Assembly (NCBI GenBank): GCA_040765825.1
Contig: JAXGRO010000006.1
Span: 4,203-68,202 of the forward strand
DNA length: 64,000 nt
Origin: Methanomassiliicoccales archaeon
Lineage (GTDB): Archaea; Thermoplasmatota; Thermoplasmata; Methanomassiliicoccales; UBA472
Reading direction: 5' to 3'
Below the pieces are notes generated by a model. The model searched no databases. It saw only the letters and a list, made by a program, of their open reading frames with translations, and was not told the DNA's origin. Of this stretch, positions 62,101-64,000 are shown in pieces; position 1 is the first letter of the stretch, and each line of letters opens with the position of its first letter. A program made the position numbers and the translations under genes.

Positions 62101-63503
62101 ATCTTCAATCCCCGGTCCAGGGTCTTCACGGCATCGGTGACGCTCCCCAGGCCGATCTGGGCCGCGCCCATGTCCCGGATGGCCGGAAGATGGTCGCTCT
62201 TGATGGCCAGCTGCGCCTCGCTGAGGGCGATGACCTCCTGGAACCTCTTGTTCTTGGAGAGGAATGTCCTGCGGCGGTCCAGCACGCCCATGTCCTTCGG
62301 GAAGTCCGCCTGCGCTTTGGCCAGATGCTCCTCGGCCTCCGCGTCGAGGTTGGAGGCCAGCAGCAGGTCGATGGCGAAGATGCGGGCCGCGGGGTCCTTG
62401 GGGGCGGCGTCGATGAGGGTCCTGATGGCCTCCAGAAGGTCGGAGGTGTTCTTCATGGCCGCGAGCACCCTGCACCTGCCGTAGAGGGCGTCCTGACCGT
62501 CGGGGTCCACCAACTGCAGACGCTCGTAGGCCTGCAGGCTCTCCTCGAACCTCTCCATCTCGTACAGCAGGGAGGCCGTCTCCTTCCAGCTCACCGGGCT
62601 GTCCGGGTCCGCCCGGAGCGCCTGCTTGTAGTGATCGAGCGCTTTGGACCTGTCCCCGGCCTCGCGTGCCTTGCGGGCCAGCATGAGATTGGCATGCCGG
62701 TTGCTGGGATCGCGCTGCAGTATCTCCTCCAGCAGGTCCCCGGCCTCCTCCTTGCGGTCCAGCTTCTCCAGGGCCTCGACCTTTATGGCCATGAGGGTCA
62801 GGTCCCTGGGAGCCAGGCCCAGGGCCCTGTCCAGCTCGAACAGGGCCGATTCCGCCTTGTCCTGATGAATGAGCGCCGAGGCCTTCCTGCCCATCCAGAG
62901 GGGTTTGTCACCGGTCCTTTCCAGGATCAGGTCGTAGGTCTCCTCGTTCAACGGGTCGGCGTCCAGGGCCTTGAGCAGGGCCTGCATGGCCTCCTCCGGT
63001 CTCTTCAGCTCCTCCAGGACCTCCATTCGCAGCAGGTGGGAAGAGCGATCATCGGGCCAGGTGGTCACCGTCCCGTCCAGAACGGCCAGGGCCTCCTCGG
63101 TCTTTCCGGACCTGCGCAGGACGGACACCTTGAGCTTTTGAGCCTTGAGGTCCTTGGGCATGGAGGAGGTGAGGCGGTCTATGACCTGGATGGCCAGGGC
63201 GGTTATGCCCATGTCCATATAGGCGTTGGAAAGGCGCTCGATGGACCGCCGGTACTCATCAACGTTGGAGACTGCCTTGGGGTCCATCCCCTCCAGGATC
63301 TCCCGGGCCTTCTCGAGCTCGGACCTGGTCCTCTCCACCTCCTTGGCCTTGAAGTTCTTTTCGGCCGCGTCCATGGAGCGGTTGGCCTTCTTGACCGTCC
63401 TCATCTCGGAATCCAACAGACCGTCTAACAATCCCAAAAGCTCACCTTTCCCGGGCTTGAATAGAACCCTGACGATTAATATGTTTGTTGAACTTTCCAC
63501 CAT
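59124..63503 (-). CDS. Very large tetratricopeptide-repeat protein (1459 aa) with C-terminal helical region and zinc ribbon
   Basis: Dozens of 34-residue TPR-like units (recurring ..EA...YD.AL.LDP.....W..KG..L..L.R.EEA pattern). After a basic linker, the C-terminus has CLFHGG..CPNCG..CKEC....CPRCG. Confidence 0.8.
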   Translation of the reverse strand: MVESSTNILIVRVLFKPGKGELLGLLDGLLDSEMRTVKKANRSMDAAEKNFKAKEVERTRSELEKAREILEGMDPKAVSNVDEYRRSIERLSNAYMDMGITALAIQVIDRLTSSMPKDLKAQKLKVSVLRRSGKTEEALAVLDGTVTTWPDDRSSHLLRMEVLEELKRPEEAMQALLKALDADPLNEETYDLILERTGDKPLWMGRKASALIHQDKAESALFELDRALGLAPRDLTLMAIKVEALEKLDRKEEAGDLLEEILQRDPSNRHANLMLARKAREAGDRSKALDHYKQALRADPDSPVSWKETASLLYEMERFEESLQAYERLQLVDPDGQDALYGRCRVLAAMKNTSDLLEAIRTLIDAAPKDPAARIFAIDLLLASNLDAEAEEHLAKAQADFPKDMGVLDRRRTFLSKNKRFQEVIALSEAQLAIKSDHLPAIRDMGAAQIGLGSVTDAVKTLDRGLKIHPEDPEMLDLLRECYKRAERDKDVVEVSDRLLRLRPNDKVAMFDKAVALDRLDRKEEAIALYAQVLTIDHNDVDASKGISIALFSLEKYDEALARSAQGALHDPGQIVFWRIQGDSLFMLKRFEEAVKAYDRAIAISPQDQKLLYQKGLSLESLRRFEEAVVCYDQALALDAKNKNIWISKGISLEWLERFEEALACYDQALALDKEGRFVHARRGQVLAKLSRHDEAVASFDKALEMGPKDLEVLASKKSSLKTLGRYEDIVKVCDRIIKLEPKNRSAWVDRGQAQFRLNNHQEAIRSYDHALEVEPGDMQVQQMKRNAVVAKGDPAEIVKVCEDILRLDPRNKAALMDKATALEKLGRLEEALSTFSAAIMLDESDAQMHKGRGRVLMSLGKYGEASEAYDMAFRLDHDLEALANKGRALLMMRNYDLALNVFDQCIGQDSTVARYHSDRGRALASLNRLDDAVEAFDKALSLDRGDAQTWKYKGNALYRLGEMENAMVSFNRALELGADEFAIYKMRGRVMEELGRLEDAMDSYEKALAMEPEEPSVLEGMALLEDRMGNQGRALELLDRSLAADPRNRHAWMERADITEKLKRDEEVLKSYDNAIGLDPSDPAAWNGKGFALLRLGRYDQARRGFEKALELSPNLSSAHEGLRIAEGKQREKDVADMAGKVLEYQFRNGRRLSKEEVFREVNVPYQMLDDVFNFIDQREYVDPAQLSEEEFASLEMQSRTALLTYYRSARSGQGGMSLADVYSSLPERNIARAKRVLGYIEGVNDIDFTYVLPDEETERLLRTALNMPEEKRNLFALMEGLSIGVYKARNIIAIMNSLKAGERPVPMPRSKGQRAPPAQRSSDDLFVEAPKRKRQPKVDAVMLPDERTSTDRYEKDGVRLFGQEERDLYDTFYPPKEEKRTEKKDDLQGRRCLFHGGLAVSACPNCGSMLCKECQAGEKCPRCGFVLGGKAPKKGERVDAGEPPAPSEPEERDWSRL

Positions 63504-63640
63504 CCTCTTGTCATACGTTACGGCAATAATCGTCTGACGTTGTGAACATCACCCCTCTTCATCGGAACCTGTGCTATTTTTATCATACTGGCTATGCAAA
63601 ATAATAAACTATATATACCCTGAGACGCAATAGCATACTT

Positions 63641-63658
63641 GTCCGACGAAAGTCGGAC
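63641..63658 (+). other. Perfect stem-loop GTCCGAC-GAAA-GTCGGAC (GNRA loop) about 25 nt downstream of a TATA-like box
   Basis: 7-bp perfect stem with a GAAA tetraloop. ACTATATATACC lies at 63609-63620, so the hairpin would sit at the very 5' end of the transcript. Confidence 0.4.
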
Positions 63659-63665
63659 GGATGGG

Positions 63666-63848
63666 ATGCAAATGAGGCGAAACGAGGATTCGCATCGGGA
63701 ACAACAGTACGATGGCCATGCCGTCGAGTGGATGAAGACCCACACCATAAAGGACCTGAAGCTGATGGCCTTTGAATTGGACCAGCAGGGACAGGAGACC
63801 TTTCAGCTGTGGGACCTCATCAATGACCTCAAGGTCATGAGCCGTTAG
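63666..63848 (+). CDS. Small hypothetical protein (60 aa)
   Basis: ORF with a protein-like charged/helical composition in an AT-richer region. It is followed by an inverted repeat (CTAGTGG...CCACTAG) and T-runs (about 63920-63935). No family recognised. Confidence 0.3.
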   Translation: MQMRRNEDSHREQQYDGHAVEWMKTHTIKDLKLMAFELDQQGQETFQLWDLINDLKVMSR

Positions 63849-64000
63849 GCTCAAAGGTTCCAGGATCCTCACTAGTGGCGAGTCCCCCCCCCCTTACACT
63901 CCCCACTAGCCTCAACCTTTTATTTTTTCCTCTATGGCCAGTATTTTTCGCTTCATGAAAGGGTTAAAATAGGAAATGTCCATTATCACGGCACCGCGCA

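Noticed and set aside
60141-63428. 1095-aa plus-strand ORF antisense to the TPR gene
   Set aside because: Composition is dominated by L/G/V/Q/H/A with no domain pattern. The minus strand gives a regular 34-residue TPR periodicity and a zinc ribbon.
59124-63503. DNA-level tandem repeats or a CRISPR-like array within the TPR gene
   Set aside because: The periodicity exists only at the protein level (34-aa units). I saw no exact or near-exact nucleotide repeats with unique spacers.

Overview
High-G+C archaeal (euryarchaeal-type) chromosomal segment, densely coding: about 60 genes, many joined by 1-14 nt start/stop overlaps. I recognised no rRNA, tRNA, CRISPR array, transposase or integrase.

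Gene content, left to right:
- 1-9.5 kb: hisF (3' end), hisIE, a PHP phosphoesterase, aspartate kinase and pheA in one string; then two flavoredoxin-like paralogues, MTA phosphorylase, Bcp, an orphan GcvH, HypF and a low-GC hypoxanthine-DNA-glycosylase-like gene.
- 9.6-23.3 kb: a cobamide salvage, remodelling and uptake island. It holds an ApgM-family paralogue and archaeal-type cobT. An eight-gene minus-strand operon follows (btuF-, btuC- and btuD-like transporter genes, cobD, cbiB, cbiZ fused to a PgpA/CobZ-like domain, cobS, cobY). Then come two Cys-rich membrane/zinc-ribbon proteins and a tandem pair: cobQ with an N-terminal Cys-rich domain, plus a glutaminase-less cobQ paralogue.
- 23.4-34.3 kb: aconitase, an ABC-2 exporter, a MEDS-PAS sensor, dcd, trm5, diphthine synthase and a degenerate FtsZ-like gene head-to-head with herA.
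- 34.4-41.3 kb: herA, a frameshift-riddled CPA2 antiporter, a frameshift-riddled mre11, and an intact rad50.
- 41.3-64 kb: parvulin, an ArsR-ArsM fusion, ADP-forming acetyl-CoA synthetase with a stand-alone BioD-like/DRTGG partner, and a DUF429 / DUF45 / OB-HD / DHH hydrolase cluster. Then GNAT, a P-type ATPase, IscA, a helicase-only Hef, DNA ligase, rpoL, truD and a 1459-aa TPR protein.

Most notable observations:
1. A 17-bp palindrome, TTGGAT-N5-ATCCAA, occurs four times. By eye it is found only at the promoters or start sites of the three cobamide transcription units, so it is a candidate operator of an undescribed archaeal cobamide regulon.
2. Unusual cobamide components sit in the island: the GATase-less CobQ, the CbiZ-CobZ-like fusion, and an ApgM-like protein with a Ser-to-Lys change that is a possible missing L-threonine kinase.
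3. A contiguous 1.7-kb tract (36.78-38.44 kb) carries roughly a dozen or more frame changes; the four junctions I reconstructed lie in short G or C runs. It disrupts the antiporter and mre11.
4. The GTP-motif-degenerate FtsZ-like gene is paired divergently with herA.
5. A nested rod-like RNA structure ending in a T6 run lies in the 46.07-46.26 kb spacer.

All calls rest on manual reading of the ORF translations and the DNA; no database search was possible.
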